In this document: positions 15,640 to 29,586 of the stretch, one piece after another
Position numbering within the stretch: the stretch's first letter is position 1
Layout of the letters: the number at the start of each line of letters is the position of its first letter
Source of the DNA: Eledone cirrhosa
Lineage: Eukaryota
Reading direction: 5' to 3'
Assembly: GCA_964016885.1 (NCBI GenBank)
Contig: OZ024743.1
Span: 111,352,001 to 111,416,000, forward strand
DNA length: 64,000 nt
The notes under the pieces: model-generated
What the model was told of the DNA's origin: nothing
Databases searched by the model: none
The model's input: the letters and a program-made list of their open reading frames with translations, nothing else
Made by a program: the position numbers and the translations under genes

Positions 15640-16410
15640 TAAAGAGTGCAGGTCTGGCTGTGTGGGAAAGTAGAGAAAAGGAATATAAAAGCGTTAAATG
15701 AGAGGAAAAGGAAGGGGAAAGCAATAACTCTACGGTCATAGAAGAAAAGGTGGGGAATAGGAGAGGTTGATGGGTTCTGGGTCTAGGCCACGACGATGTT
15801 GGGGCTGCACCTCGCAGACAAGACAAAAGCATTTCCGCGGGCAATGGCCGACGACACCCGCAGCAACCCCCACCCCACCTCACGGGTTCCCTCCTCAGAC
15901 GGGCTGCTGACATTCCAACCTTGCGGAGGATCTCAGTAGTTCGGAGACCGATGACGCCAGAGGTTTAGACTATGACCGATACGAAGAGGAAGCGGCCGGA
16001 CAATACCCAGTGTTTGTATTCTTTTCCTCTGCATTGCGAGCCGCAGCACCGAGATTTGTGGTCGAACCGACTGAGTTGAATGCGGAGAACGTGTCACAAA
16101 ATATGGCGTCTCAGATGAAGGATCTACCTCCTTCGAATGGGAAGAGAGGAATTCCGTCAGAGCGCTCACCGTCTCCGCGGTTGAGGCATGCTGCGTTCAG
16201 TTGTGGTGGGAGAGACCAACTGCGTCCAGGCTCCCTCTTAATATGTCGTTGAGAGCGGCCAGAGGCTGTTCGAGATCTGGGGCGCCGTCAGGTTCGGCTG
16301 TGTTGGTGAGAACCTCGCTGACGAGAGTGTGACTTCAGGAAAGGTAGTCCAGTATTGTCATATCCGAAGCGGAGATGAGGCTGAGGCCACCGTAACAGGG
16401 TGGTAGTTTC
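15640..16410 (-). mobile_element. 3' remnant of CRE-like non-LTR retrotransposon (restriction-like endonuclease domain)
   Basis: Minus-strand frames read AALNDILRGSLDAVG..LNRGDGERSDGI.LFPFEGGRS..CDTFSAFN..GAAARNAEEK..RVSSAIARGNA. This matches the RHxALND / RPDG / WDxTxxDT / QRGNA pattern of CRE-type RLE elements; frameshifted. Confidence 0.7.
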
Positions 16411-17127
16411 ACCTGTTGCCAGCGGGCGCTGTCGAAACTGACATACCAGATAATTTTTGCACAGATTCGGATGGTTGTGGCGAGTTCACAGAGATGATAT
16501 GCCTGGGGATGAGAAGGTGCAGCATGCAGCTTGAACAGGAATTAAACGACATATTAAAATAGATACCACGGTCATTTCCAGACCTCACATCGTTACTCAA
16601 GCTACCGCGATCATTTAGTGGGGTTAACTCACCACAGACGCAATCCACTGAAAGGAATCTGTAAAAGAACATCTAATTCCACGTATGCACTCCACCTGGC
16701 ACTTTTGAGAGGAAAGCTGGGAGATGTAAATTGGTAAAGATGTATATATATATATATATAAATATTGCCTGTACAGGTAATCAAATCGTGTATACATTTT
16801 TGGGGACACTCTGTGTGAGTTCTATTTTGAGTTTTAGAAACCATGGGTGGGGCATTTTATAAGTTAAAATTGACTTTTTTTCGCTGATTCAATTTGTATA
16901 ACGTTACCCTCACAGCACTACCACACAAAAAAAAAAGAACTGACATTTTGACTTAAGTTGAATATATTTCAATACTTCACTGGGTGGATAATTAATTTAT
17001 TAATTTATTGATATCTCTTGTCTTTTCATTATGATGCCTCAGTATTAGGGACAGTTAACTTTGTAAGGTTACAAATCCCTCTCTATATATATTTCGAGTG
17101 GTCACTCGCGTGAACTGCGTGTTACAC

Positions 17128-17266
<139 letters not shown>

Positions 17267-19191
17267 TTATATATTAACAATAACTGTCATAATAATATAT
17301 ATTTTGTGGCTATAACAATAAGTGTTGTGCAGTATTGAATAAGATTATTATCAACGTTATCACGCAGACGGAAAAGAAGGAAATAAAAACATAACTTCCT
17401 AAGTATAGAACATAACAAAAGGCAATTCTTCACAGATTTACACGCGGTACTAGAAATACCATTCTTTGAATCAGCAGCAATTCTAGTTTCTCCTTAACCT
17501 TCTCATTTAACGCCTATTTAACTGTCTGCCGTTGACGATCAATTTTAACTGCGGACTGTTGTACCTCGCAATCTCCAGACGAGTTTGACAAGAGATGTTA
17601 CAGTTTATCTGGAAAATACTTTACAAATACCAATATTGATCCAAATGGCAAGCTGCCTTCCACTTTACTCCCTTCAGAAAGGCGCAAGCGATGGGAACAA
17701 ACACATGTATTTGTTTGTTGGTTGGCCTGAAATAACAAGTCAGTCGCTTCATAGACTGTTTGTAGTTGGGCTGTTCGGATTAACATACACCGATATTATA
17801 CACATCTTACGCGGAATCTGTCAATGAAAGAATTAATACATATGTAAGAAAATATATATGAGCAAATATGTCTATAATGTGTTCTTTAAGTTTCTGAGTT
17901 TATAGACAGTAGTCTTATATATTTATATCTGTTACTGTGTATATATATTCGCGATTATAAGACAGTTAATGTGAAGTGCACTGTATAAGTATATATAATT
18001 GTTTGTGTGTTTGCTTGTGCACGCGCACATGTGTGTGTATATGTGTATGCGTGGATGTGTGATTTGTATTACAGAGGTACAATGAATTCTGCATATAAAT
18101 GAGGTTTTTCCAATTAAATTTATAATAGATCCTTTAGGACAATAAGTATATGTTGGAAAGAAATTTGGTCGGATTGCTAAGGGGATTCATTTCGAGTCGT
18201 CTAATATTAGAGAAGTCTAGAGAATCACACCAAATACCATCTGTTGATAACCAACTATATCCAGGGAATAATTACGATTGCAAAGTAAATAGCATCTTCT
18301 CCGGAAGCTATTGAAATAGGAAAAACACTCTCGAAATCAATGGATAACCATAGTTTATATGTATTTATTCGTCTATTCATTTCAATTTATCACCTCTAAA
18401 ATAAACTATCATATTAAAATATATATATAGCAATTGATTGATTCATAGAATCACATCCCATTATGTGTCTCTTAAGAAATATCAGAATTTCAGAAATGTT
18501 ATAATGTGTATTGAAGCATTAGTCGTGCAATGAGAAATATGCTCAATCCCAAGTGTGAAACATTACAATTCCACACAATATACATGACGATAATGATGAT
18601 GAATATGATGATAATGTTAATTATCATGATCATGGTGAATATCAAAATGATGATAACTGTGACGATTGCAGCAATGAAGGTGGTGATAGGGACGGTGATA
18701 GTGATTATAAACATAATCATTTCTCACTTGCCATGAGACCACATACATATAATAGAAAACATGTTAAGCCGAAATCTTACAAAAATGTCGGAATGCATAT
18801 ATATGTGTGTATATATACATATACTCACATTTGTATGCATATGTATATACAGGAACATATGCATATGTATGTGTACATAAGTTTATATATGTGGTACAAA
18901 TACTTATTTTGACATATTGAAGTCTGCAAAAGATTCAGTAAAATAAACAAAGGCCAACACATCCATGGAGAAGTGAGAAGACTTTACATAGATAGGATCA
19001 AAATATCACGGCACTCCCAACCTGCTTCTCCAACGACGTTTTTCAAACTGGGACTTTAGAATTTGCATTTACTTCTCTACCCAGAGATGTGAGAAATGCA
19101 AAATGAATCATGATCTCATTGATATGTAAGTAATCAATTTTTCGGAAATTTGATAAATCTTTGAAGATCCAGGCGTGCTTGGTGTTCATTC

Positions 19192-19375
19192 ATAATTGTT
19201 TCTATTTTAGGCACAAGGTCAGCAAATGCCCAGTGCATTACTGGTACTTTATTTTATCGACCCCGTAAGGATGGAAGGCAAAGATAACCTAGGCGGGATT
19301 TGTACTCAGAATGGCAAGGGCCGTAACTCTATGCGTCAAAGCATGGCGTCCGACTCTCTACCGATATGCCACTCA
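19192..19375 (-). mobile_element. tRNA-derived SINE (main family)
   Basis: Same core (TTTATCGACCCCGTAAGGATGGAAGGC) and degenerate B box as the other copies. Confidence 0.8.
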
Positions 19376-19481
19376 TTTGACCAGCTGCACCTTTTTTATA
19401 TTTTTCGGTTCAAAATAAAATAAATTAGGAAAGGAGAATACAGATAATTTAAATGAATAAATTAAAATGTACTCACCATCG

Positions 19482-19550
<69 letters not shown>

Positions 19551-20271
19551 TATATTAAGAATATTTTCGAAACAGCGAGTGGGTTTGAAATTATTAGAAA
19601 TGTAAGCTATCGCTGTATTTTGACTATATATGTATATATATTTATATTTATACTCGGATTCTTTTCCTAGAGTGCTTAAACTATCTGTGACTAATCCCGG
19701 TTTTTTTTCATAAAAACTGTGATAATTATTGCTATTTTGCTGAACTCCTTTTGTAGAGTTTTTTTTCAGAATGTATTTGACTGCTATTTCTTGTAAATAA
19801 ACATTCACTTCCATCCTGACGTCACTAGCCCCGTTTTTTCCTCATGTGCTTTTTGATAATTACACATGAAGGCGAACTAGCCAGTTTTAGAATTCCCTTT
19901 TTCGGATTATATTACTGTGAGAGCCCTGGTTTTCTGTTGAGCTCTGCTGATGAATGAAATCCAACCGTGACCATCTCCACTGAAAGTTTTCATGAAATAG
20001 TCTTTTAAGACTATACAGAGCATTTGATGTTATTCCAAATTGAAGGATAAGTGTTTCAAACTTTATTTTATCATGAGTTAAAGGTCTATAGATTTTTCCC
20101 TGGATTTCACTAAATTCTGTGGATGAATTTATATCCTGATTCTCTTTTGAGATGAGTTTGAGTTATTTTTCCTAAATCTTTCGTTAACTACTTTTCCCAT
20201 CTTGACGTTATAGTCGCATATATGTTATAGAATGCCGTTAGCTTCTTGCTAAAACAATCTCTATACCTCTC

Positions 20272-20324
<53 letters not shown>

Positions 20325-20414
20325 TAGAATATTCGAAAATATTCTGTATGTTTATATTAAACATTTTGAAGACCTAATCGCTATAGAATAGAATACGTCA
20401 CGTATTACAATTAG

Positions 20415-20503
20415 ATTCTCGATAAAAGCAAGGGAAGTAATCTACGCGTTTCATTCTCGTTAGAAATCATCAGGACTACATATCCAGTGCTTTTATCGAG
20501 AAT
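20415..20503 (-). ncRNA. Type I hammerhead ribozyme, copy 1
   Basis: Minus: GTAGTC CTGATGA T TTCT-AACG-AGAA T GAAA CGCG TA^GATTAC. Stem I GTAGTC/GATTAC is extended past an internal loop by a perfect 16-bp helix (ATTCTCGATAAAAGCA/TGCTTTTATCGAGAAT); stem III is palindromic. Confidence 0.88.
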
Positions 20504-20724
20504 GACACAGCTAGAGACTTATAGAATACTTAGCTGTGTACAGGAACTGGTTTGAAAGAGCGGTTGCCGGTCCGGCAGAAATTAGAAATTGGAATAAATG
20601 CTCTGAAATAGCGATATATATGTGAATATAGACATAGAATATTCGAAAATATTCTGTATGTTTATATTAAACATTTTGAAGACCTAATCGCTATAGAATA
20701 GAATACGTCACGTATTACAATTAG

Positions 20725-20813
20725 ATTCTCGATAAAAGCAAGGGAAGTAATCTACGCGTTTCATTCTCGTTAGAAATCATCAGGACTACATATCCAGTGC
20801 TTTTATCGAGAAT
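20725..20813 (-). ncRNA. Type I hammerhead ribozyme, copy 2
   Basis: Identical to copy 1, offset +310. Confidence 0.88.
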
Positions 20814-21034
20814 GACACAGCTAGAGACTTATAGAATACTTAGCTGTGTACAGGAACTGGTTTGAAAGAGCGGTTGCCGGTCCGGCAGAAATTAGAAATT
20901 GGAATAAATGCTCTGAAATAGCGATATATATGTGAATATAGACATAGAATATTCGAAAATATTCTGTATGTTTATATTAAACATTTTGAAGACCTAATCG
21001 CTATAGAATAGAATACGTCACGTATTACAATTAG

Positions 21035-21318
<284 letters not shown>

Positions 21319-21725
21319 ACATTTAGAGGTTTATATACATTTCAACTAGACAGAGCCATAGATACATATATATTTGTTTTTAGCAACCTTCACGGTGTGG
21401 TTCAATGACGAATTAATTAAATAATTAACAATCAGAGCAATATATAAAGAAGTAATTTCTACAGGTTATAAGAAATACTTCGTAAATTTTCTGTGGCTGA
21501 GAATCGCGGATAAAAAGGTATCATTTATTTATCTATTATTTCGTCATGAGTATATTTTAAACTTATATCCTCGTTGAATGATTTTTTGAGTGGTTAATTA
21601 TGCTGATTGGGAGAAGAAATACTGTATATATTTTCCCTAATGATTCTATGTACTTACTTATTTATATATATATATATGTGTGCGTATATGTATGTGTGTG
21701 TATATTTATATATATATATATATAT

Positions 21726-21784
21726 ATATGTAAGTATGTATGTATACGTACATACATATATGTATACAGACGTACAGTAGCATG

Positions 21785-21840
<56 letters not shown>

Positions 21841-22143
21841 TACATACAGGTACACATACATATATGTACGCATCAGTTTAGCGGACGCTTATAATAGCGC
21901 CCGCTTTGTTCGTTTGTAAACAAACTGAACAGCCTGAATTTATGCCGCACGGTGTTAAGACAACCACGTCACCTTTTTGTTCAACACTGACACAGGAACG
22001 ATGTACTAGTTTCAAGCTTGTTAGCTATCATCAGCACCGTATACCCATCTGCCAGATAGTTGAACGTTCGAAAGTATATTCTTTCGCTATAATAAGCGTC
22101 CGGTAAACTGATGCGTACATATATGTATGTGTACCTGTATGTA

Positions 22144-22223
<80 letters not shown>

Positions 22224-22281
22224 CATGCTACTGTACGTCTGTATACATATATAATGTACGTATACACACATACTTACATAT
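21726..22281. repeat. Inverted-repeat element with ~175-195-bp microsatellite-containing arms and ~185-bp spacer
   Basis: 21726-21899 is the reverse complement of 22085-22281 (e.g. GTACGCATCAGTTTAGCGGACGCTTAT / ATAAGCGTCCGGTAAACTGATGCGTAC). Confidence 0.85.
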
Positions 22282-22883
22282 AAGTAAGTGCCGTACTAAG
22301 AGTGAGAAATGAAATTTCGTTTTCATTTTATTACAACTACATATATATATATATATAGTTGTGTGTGTGCGTTTGTATGTATGTATGTATGTATGTATGG
22401 ATGGATGTATTAGTGTGTGTGTATCGTTGACGGCCGCAATAATACCCAAGTGTAATTTGAAATATATATGAAGAGAGAGAGAGACAGAAAGAAACAATGT
22501 CTCCTGACATTACTTACGTACTGTAAATGTCGTACAGTTGGATTATATTTAACAAATTAAATTGCAGAAATTGTGCCTAGCCTGGGAATCTGGATACTGT
22601 AATATCCTACCCTCAGGACATATTTCTGTTTACTGATTAACGGATGTCTAATTGTCGGACGTCTATCTTAACAAAAAAAAACTTAATTAAATTATTGAAT
22701 GAGTAAGATGACCGATTGAATGATCGATGCTGTGTAGATTCTCTTTGACGATCCTCTTTAGTTCTTTACACACACACACACACACATACACACACACACA
22801 CACACACCCCACACACACATACACATACATACACACACATACACAAACACACACACACATACATACACCCCCACCCCGCCACC

Positions 22884-22929
<46 letters not shown>

Positions 22930-23247
22930 ATTATATATATTTATATATATACTAGACCACCCGTGACCCGTTCAGTTCAAAATATTTTTTTAGAAGTCAT
23001 GTTCACCTGAAAATAATTTTAAAACAGACAGGTAAATGTGAAATGAAAATGGAAGGCCAAACCTGTGTGTATGTATATATATATAAATGTGTGTGCGTGT
23101 ATACATATATATATGTATGTGTTTGTATATAGACATATATGTGGGTCTCTGTTATCTATATACACTGTTCACGTAGGTGTCTGTGATCTATATACACTGT
23201 TCACGTAGGTGTCTGTGATCTATATACACACACACACACACACATAT

Positions 23248-23311
<64 letters not shown>

Positions 23312-23599
23312 TCACTTGTTTATATGCACAACACCACGACCAGCTCTCTCTATCTCTCTCTTCCATTCTCCTTCTCTGTCTCATCTCCCTCTCTCTATGT
23401 CTCTCTTTCAATCTACTCTCTCACGACCACTATATCTTTCTCTCTATCCTTCTCCCTCTCTTTTATTAAGGTTCGCAGAAAACCCCATATCTCGGAATCC
23501 CGAGCTTCGTTTTACCCGAAACTTGTTTTATCCCATTTGAATTCCCATTTCAGGGTCAACTTCCCTTCAAAGTATTTTCCCATTATTATATTGCCATGG

Positions 23600-23778
23600 T
23601 TTGCAGCATAGAGTTGCGGTCCTTTATGATCTGAGTTCAAATCCCGCCGAGGTTAACTTTGCTTTTCATCCTTACGAGGTCGATAAAATAAAGTACCAGT
23701 CACTCACTGGAGTCGATTTAATCGATTTTCCATTCTCCTTCAAAATTACAGGCCGTGTGCCTCAAATAAAAACAATTA
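23600..23778 (+). mobile_element. tRNA-derived SINE (main family, 5' truncated)
   Basis: GAGTTCAAATCCCGCCGAGGTTAACTTTGCTTTTCATCCTTACGAGGTCGATAAAATAAAGTACCAG. Confidence 0.8.
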
Positions 23779-23820
23779 TATTACATTACAGACAAGCAAG
23801 CAAGAAATATCTTAAATTTA

Positions 23821-23865
<45 letters not shown>

Positions 23866-23995
23866 GAAGGTAATATCCGTAGTGGTAGAGCACTCAGTCC
23901 ATGGGACGAGTTAGGTAAAAGTGGTTACACAACAGTTAGTTCAACATACATACAGGAATTGTTCTCGGTATGGTGAACTAACTGTTGTATAACCA

Positions 23996-24033
<38 letters not shown>

Positions 24034-24064
24034 CATATATATAATATGTATGTATGTCTGTCTG

Positions 24065-24143
<79 letters not shown>

Positions 24144-25698
24144 GAAATTCTTACGCTCTAGCTATGAGTAAATAAATATAAGACATATTCAATTCGCATC
24201 TCTATATTTAACATGTAGCAAAATGTTATTTGGCATAGTGAACAATGGCGGCGTCTTTAAATTTTAGTAACATTTGCGACAGTTTCCATAAAAACTGTTA
24301 CAAACGTGTTGGCTCCACTAAAGCCAATGTTAATAGTGTTCAAACATTTAATATGTATGTATTGGAATAGTTTGCAGCCTTTAAGTATGAACTAAAATAT
24401 TAACAAGAAGGCTGAAAATATTGGAACAATTTCAAACATTACATCACGCCCCAAAACTATGCATTATACTTCATTGCCCTAAAAAAAAAAAAAACTCAAA
24501 AGAAGGAAACATTACAAAATATTACTACATCTGAAAGCATGCCGCACTTTAAATGTTTGTATTTATGTGTAATCCATAAAACTGTGTACCACAGCGACAC
24601 GAACTGCCAATATAACAACAACGTTAATGACGTTGTTGGCAGTCACAATATCAAACGTAGCAGCAGTTAAAATATATTGGTTTTGTTGTTTTACGTTAAC
24701 CCTAGGAAAGCCGTCACAGCTCTGTAAAATAATATTCAAGATTATATTAGCTTTTTCTTTTTAGATCCAAGAGATACACATGTGTCTTGAAATGTGTGCA
24801 TTATACACATAATATGGAATCACCTACTCTCAAATAATTGTTTCTAACATTAATAATGACCTTTCTTAATAAAGACAAAAGGGCAAGAATTTGGTAGAGG
24901 GGTTAGACTGGTACTTTAGTGCCTCCGAAAGGATGAAAGGCAACGTTGAACTCGGGAGAATTTGCCCTTAGAACTTAACAAAATGTCACAAATCACTTGT
25001 TCGAGGGTCCAACAAGTTTAACAAACTTCTACCCTTAAAATATCAGCTAAAAAAATAATAAATTATATAAATAAGAATAACCATGTAGCATATCGAAACA
25101 ATTTCTTCTCTTCTATCAACAATGACAAATATGTAAATTTGTGATGGAATTTTTAACAAAATACCTTATTTTGATTTAATTTTCATTTTATATTATTTTC
25201 TCTTCGTGGGTCTTTTCTTTTGTTTTGTTTTGTTTTTCGATTAAATCGTACTCATTATTTGACTGCTAGTATATTTTATGATGAATGCGAGATTTAATCC
25301 CGTAAGATTGATATACGACATGAAATAACATTCAGCTTTAGTATTGCAAAGTCGCAAATTTGGGGCAAATGGTTAGTCGATTAAATCAACACCATTACAT
25401 AACTTTGCCATCTAACATTAGAAGAACGAAATGAAAGGTAGGGCTGTCATAGTATTCAAAAGATTGAAATAAAAAAGGTGTTACATGTTGAAATAGAAAT
25501 TTGGCAATGAATATTTCCTCTCCTTGACTAAAATACAAAATTTTAGGTTTGATATATGACACTGGTGATACGAGAAGTGTTGTTCTAGACTCAGTACCCC
25601 GATTCACATTAGGACATTTCAGGATATATTAGCTGTAAAATACTGATTAGTGTCCAGGCAAAAATAATGCTTAAATCCATTTCTTCTCATCATTATTA

Positions 25699-26890
25699 CG
25701 GCGAGGATTGGCAGCATCAGTAGAGGGTCGGACGCCATGCTTTCCAGCATAGTTACGTCCCTTTACGATCTGAGTTCAAATCCCGCCGAGGTTGACTTTG
25801 CCTTTCATCCTTACGGGGTCGATAAAATAAAGTACCAGTAATGCACTGGGTAATTACTGGCCTTGTGCCAAAAGTAGAAACAATTATTACGGCGAAGGAT
25901 TGGTAGTATTGGTAGATGTTCCTCTATGTTTTAGGGTATACGTCGCTTTACATTCTGAGCCCATATCCCGTCAAGGTTGGCTTTGTCTTTCATCCTTATG
26001 GGGTCAATAAAGTACAGTACCAGCAACGGAGTCGGGTGATTTAATCGAATTTCCCCAACAAAACAAATTGGTGGACTAGAACAAATATCAGAAAGCATTA
26101 TTGTTATCGGTAGAGGGTCGGACGCCATACTTTGACGCATAGAGTTACGGCCCTTGCATTCTGAGTTCAAATCCTGCCGAGGTTAACTTTACCTTTTATC
26201 CTTACAAGGTCGATAAAATAAAGTACCAGTAATGTACTGGATAATTGCTGGCCTTGTGCCAAAAGTAGAAACAATCACTACTATTGTCATGGTGGTGGAT
26301 TGACAGTCTCAGTAGTTTAGTTTTGCGGTATAGGAACGAATAGTTTTGCGGTATAGATATACGTACCTTTACGTTTTGATTTAAGAACCCGCCGAAATTA
26401 GCTTTGTCTTTTATTCTTACCAGGTCGATAAATTCAAGTACCTGTAATGCAGTGAGGTTGATATAATCGATTGTCCCCTCCCCTTGAATTGTTGACCTTG
26501 TGTCTAAATCAGAAACCATTATTTGCGCGATGGATTGGGAATATCGTTAGAGCGTCGGGCAAAATGCTTTGCGGTGTAGAGTTACATCCCTTTACATTCT
26601 GAGTTAAAACCAATTGATGTTAGCTTTGACTGCTGTCATCCTTACGAGTGCCTAAATCAGATATAATAATTAATATTATTTGAGTGGTGGATTTGATATA
26701 ACGGTAGAGCGTCAGGCAACTTGTTTTGTGGCATAGAGTTCGAGCCGTAGAAGTTCTGAGTTCAAATCCCATCGAGCTTAGCTTTATCTTTCGTTCTTAT
26801 GTTGTCATTAAAATAAAATACCTGTAATGCAATGGAGTAGATTTAATCAATTGTTCCTTCCCAAAATATTGTTGGTCATGTCAAAAACTT
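25699..26890 (+). mobile_element. Head-to-tail array of ~6 tRNA-derived SINE copies
   Basis: Successive GGATTGGCAG..(A box) / GAGTTCAAATCC (B box) / CATCCTTACGGGGTCGATAAAATAAAGTACCAG / GGCCTTGTGCC units starting near 25699, 25889, 26105, 26290, 26527 and 26684. Confidence 0.85.
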
Positions 26891-27713
26891 AAATAAAAAA
26901 ACCATTATCTATCGTTGTTATCATAATTTTGTTTACTCGTTCTTACTGGGTCTTAAGAGCTCCAGTAAGTGAAACGACGGAACAGTTATATGTTCAAAGT
27001 CATTGTAATCATTACAACACTATTTATTTTTGTCTCTAGGCAACATCTTACAATATATCAGTCCAGTCACTAAGATGATTCGTAGTATGATATTAGGGAG
27101 ATTTTTTAGTACATTGACCGACCCGGACATGGCTCCGACCTTATGCTTTGCAGTTTTATTGTTTTATTCATATTTAAATTACATTTCTCTTAACTCAGTC
27201 TCTCTTCCTCGCACACTTTCCCCTGTCTTTCACTTCATATGTCGCAGTTTCTCTATACGAGAGGCATCCGAGGTTTCCTGTCTCACACACGAACTCACGT
27301 TTCAATTGCTTTCGCTCTTTCCCATTCTTTCTTTCACTTTCTCTCAACATATGCACGACTTCACAGTTTCTCTCTCTCTCTCTCTCACTCTCTCTCTCCC
27401 TCCCTCTCTCTCTCCCACTCTTTCTTTTTCTCTTTATTTCTCTCTTTCTTTCTCTCCCCCTCTCTCCCCTAATCATTTTCCCCTTCTGTCATTATTTCTG
27501 TTTCTCACTCTCTATGTGTTTCTTGGTCTCTCTCTCTCTTTCTCTCTATTTATCACCGTCCCTCTCTCTAGTGAGACTTCAGCTTTTCTCTATTTATCAT
27601 TATCATTATTTCCACCTATTTCTTTATATTTATCTATCTTATTTGATGTCTTTTACTTTCATCATATGCTGGACTTCTCTGTATCTCTCTATTTCTTCTT
27701 TCACTTCATCTTC

Positions 27714-27796
<83 letters not shown>

Positions 27797-27936
27797 ATGC
27801 TAACTTGCCCTTCACTAACGATATCTATTATCCAGTAATATCATCTTACTCACAAACTGATTTCGCTCATTATCACATATGCAAAAATAATGTATCGTTC
27901 TCTCTCTCTCTTTCCCCCTCTCTCTTTATTTCTCTC

Positions 27937-28033
<97 letters not shown>

Positions 28034-28305
28034 CTCTCTCTCTCACACACACACATAGACACAGGCACACACATTCACACGCATTCACACACAAAAACAC
28101 AAGCTGGCATAGTTTTATTTCCCTAGATACAATGAGGAAGATACAATTCTCTTGTTTAACAATTAGCTTATATAATGGCCTCGTACATTACATCGAAATC
28201 TATCTTTTATATTGATATCGTATTTATTTTCTATTCCCAATTCTCTTTTACTTGATATATAAATATACATTCATACATACAAACACGCACACAAAACACA
28301 CACTA

Positions 28306-28338
<33 letters not shown>

Positions 28339-28339
28339 C

Positions 28340-28375
<36 letters not shown>

Positions 28376-28398
28376 GGACGTCTGTAGGTATGTGTGTA

Positions 28399-28443
<45 letters not shown>

Positions 28444-28565
28444 CACACATACCTACAGACATGCATACACACACATGTATTATATTTATATATACATATA
28501 TAGTGTATATATATACACAAATGTATACACACACAAACACATACATATATATGTATATATATATG

Positions 28566-28630
<65 letters not shown>

Positions 28631-28631
<1 letters not shown>

Positions 28632-28826
28632 ACGAAGGAGTTGTGGTAAGGAACCAGATGGACCATAACGCACCAGAGTACTCAATACTTAGGGTAGTAG
28701 AGTGGGTAATAGGAAAAGGTATGACCACGACGGCAGAGCTCAAGCCGTTTGTACGGCTATTTCTGGAGTCCAGAAATAGCCGTCGAAACGGCTTCAGCTC
28801 TCACGTCGGGGTCATACATTTTCCTA
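28631..28826. mobile_element. ~195-bp TA-embedded repeat ending in a ~55-bp-stem hairpin
   Basis: Inverted copy at 57857-58047; hairpin 28710-28826. Confidence 0.75.
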
Positions 28827-29037
28827 TATATATATATATATATAACTTTGTGTATATATTGAAAATAAAATAAGAATTTCATTTCTCGCTCTAGCACAGC
28901 TGACACATATGCATATTTTTTATAATCCGCACAGCCCGCGGCAACTCCCTCGGTAGTCAAATCGGGCTACTCAGCCAATATATACTTAAGAAAATACTAT
29001 GTATTTTCAACCGTTCAACATAATGCTAGAGAGGTAT

Positions 29038-29080
29038 ACAGTCCTGACGAAGGGCAATGGCCCAGAAACATGTTGATTGT
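29038..29080 (+). ncRNA. Minimal type I hammerhead ribozyme motif
   Basis: ACAGTC CTGACGA A GGGC-AATG-GCCC A GAAA CATG TT^GATTGT. Stem I ACAGTC/GATTGT; palindromic stem III. Confidence 0.8.
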
Positions 29081-29247
29081 TCGTCAAAGCCAGTTTTGAA
29101 CAAACAGGTTACGACACGTCACCGACACGGCACAGCTTCTAATTCGGCTCGTTTGTTTCCAAACGAATCGAACATTACTATTAATGTTCGATGTTACCCA
29201 TACGTACATATGTATATACTATACATATATATATTTATATATACATA

Positions 29248-29284
<37 letters not shown>

Positions 29285-29388
29285 TTATTAAAATAAAATA
29301 TTATATTATTATAACAGATCTATATTTATCCTGATCTAGCTCTCTTTGCATTTTAGTCTTCAAATTTATAATTATTATTCTCTCTCTC

Positions 29389-29492
<104 letters not shown>

Positions 29493-29586
29493 CGTGTGCG
29501 TGTGTGTGTGTGTCTGAAGGTAGCTAAGATGCTTCCATAGGGGTTATGCCGGCTGAGCACTCTACGTTCTTACTGAGCAGAGAATG

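Noticed and set aside
15549-16635. Solo LTR (TGT...ACA) around the CRE-like remnant
   Set aside because: No TSD, weak terminal repeats, and no gag/pol nearby.
18499-18736. Hydrophobic Ile/Met-rich ORFs resembling membrane proteins
   Set aside because: Degenerate (ATG/ATA)n trinucleotide tract.
19947-19960. CTGATGA-AT-GAAA hammerhead-like core
   Set aside because: No room for stem II and no stem I or III pairing.
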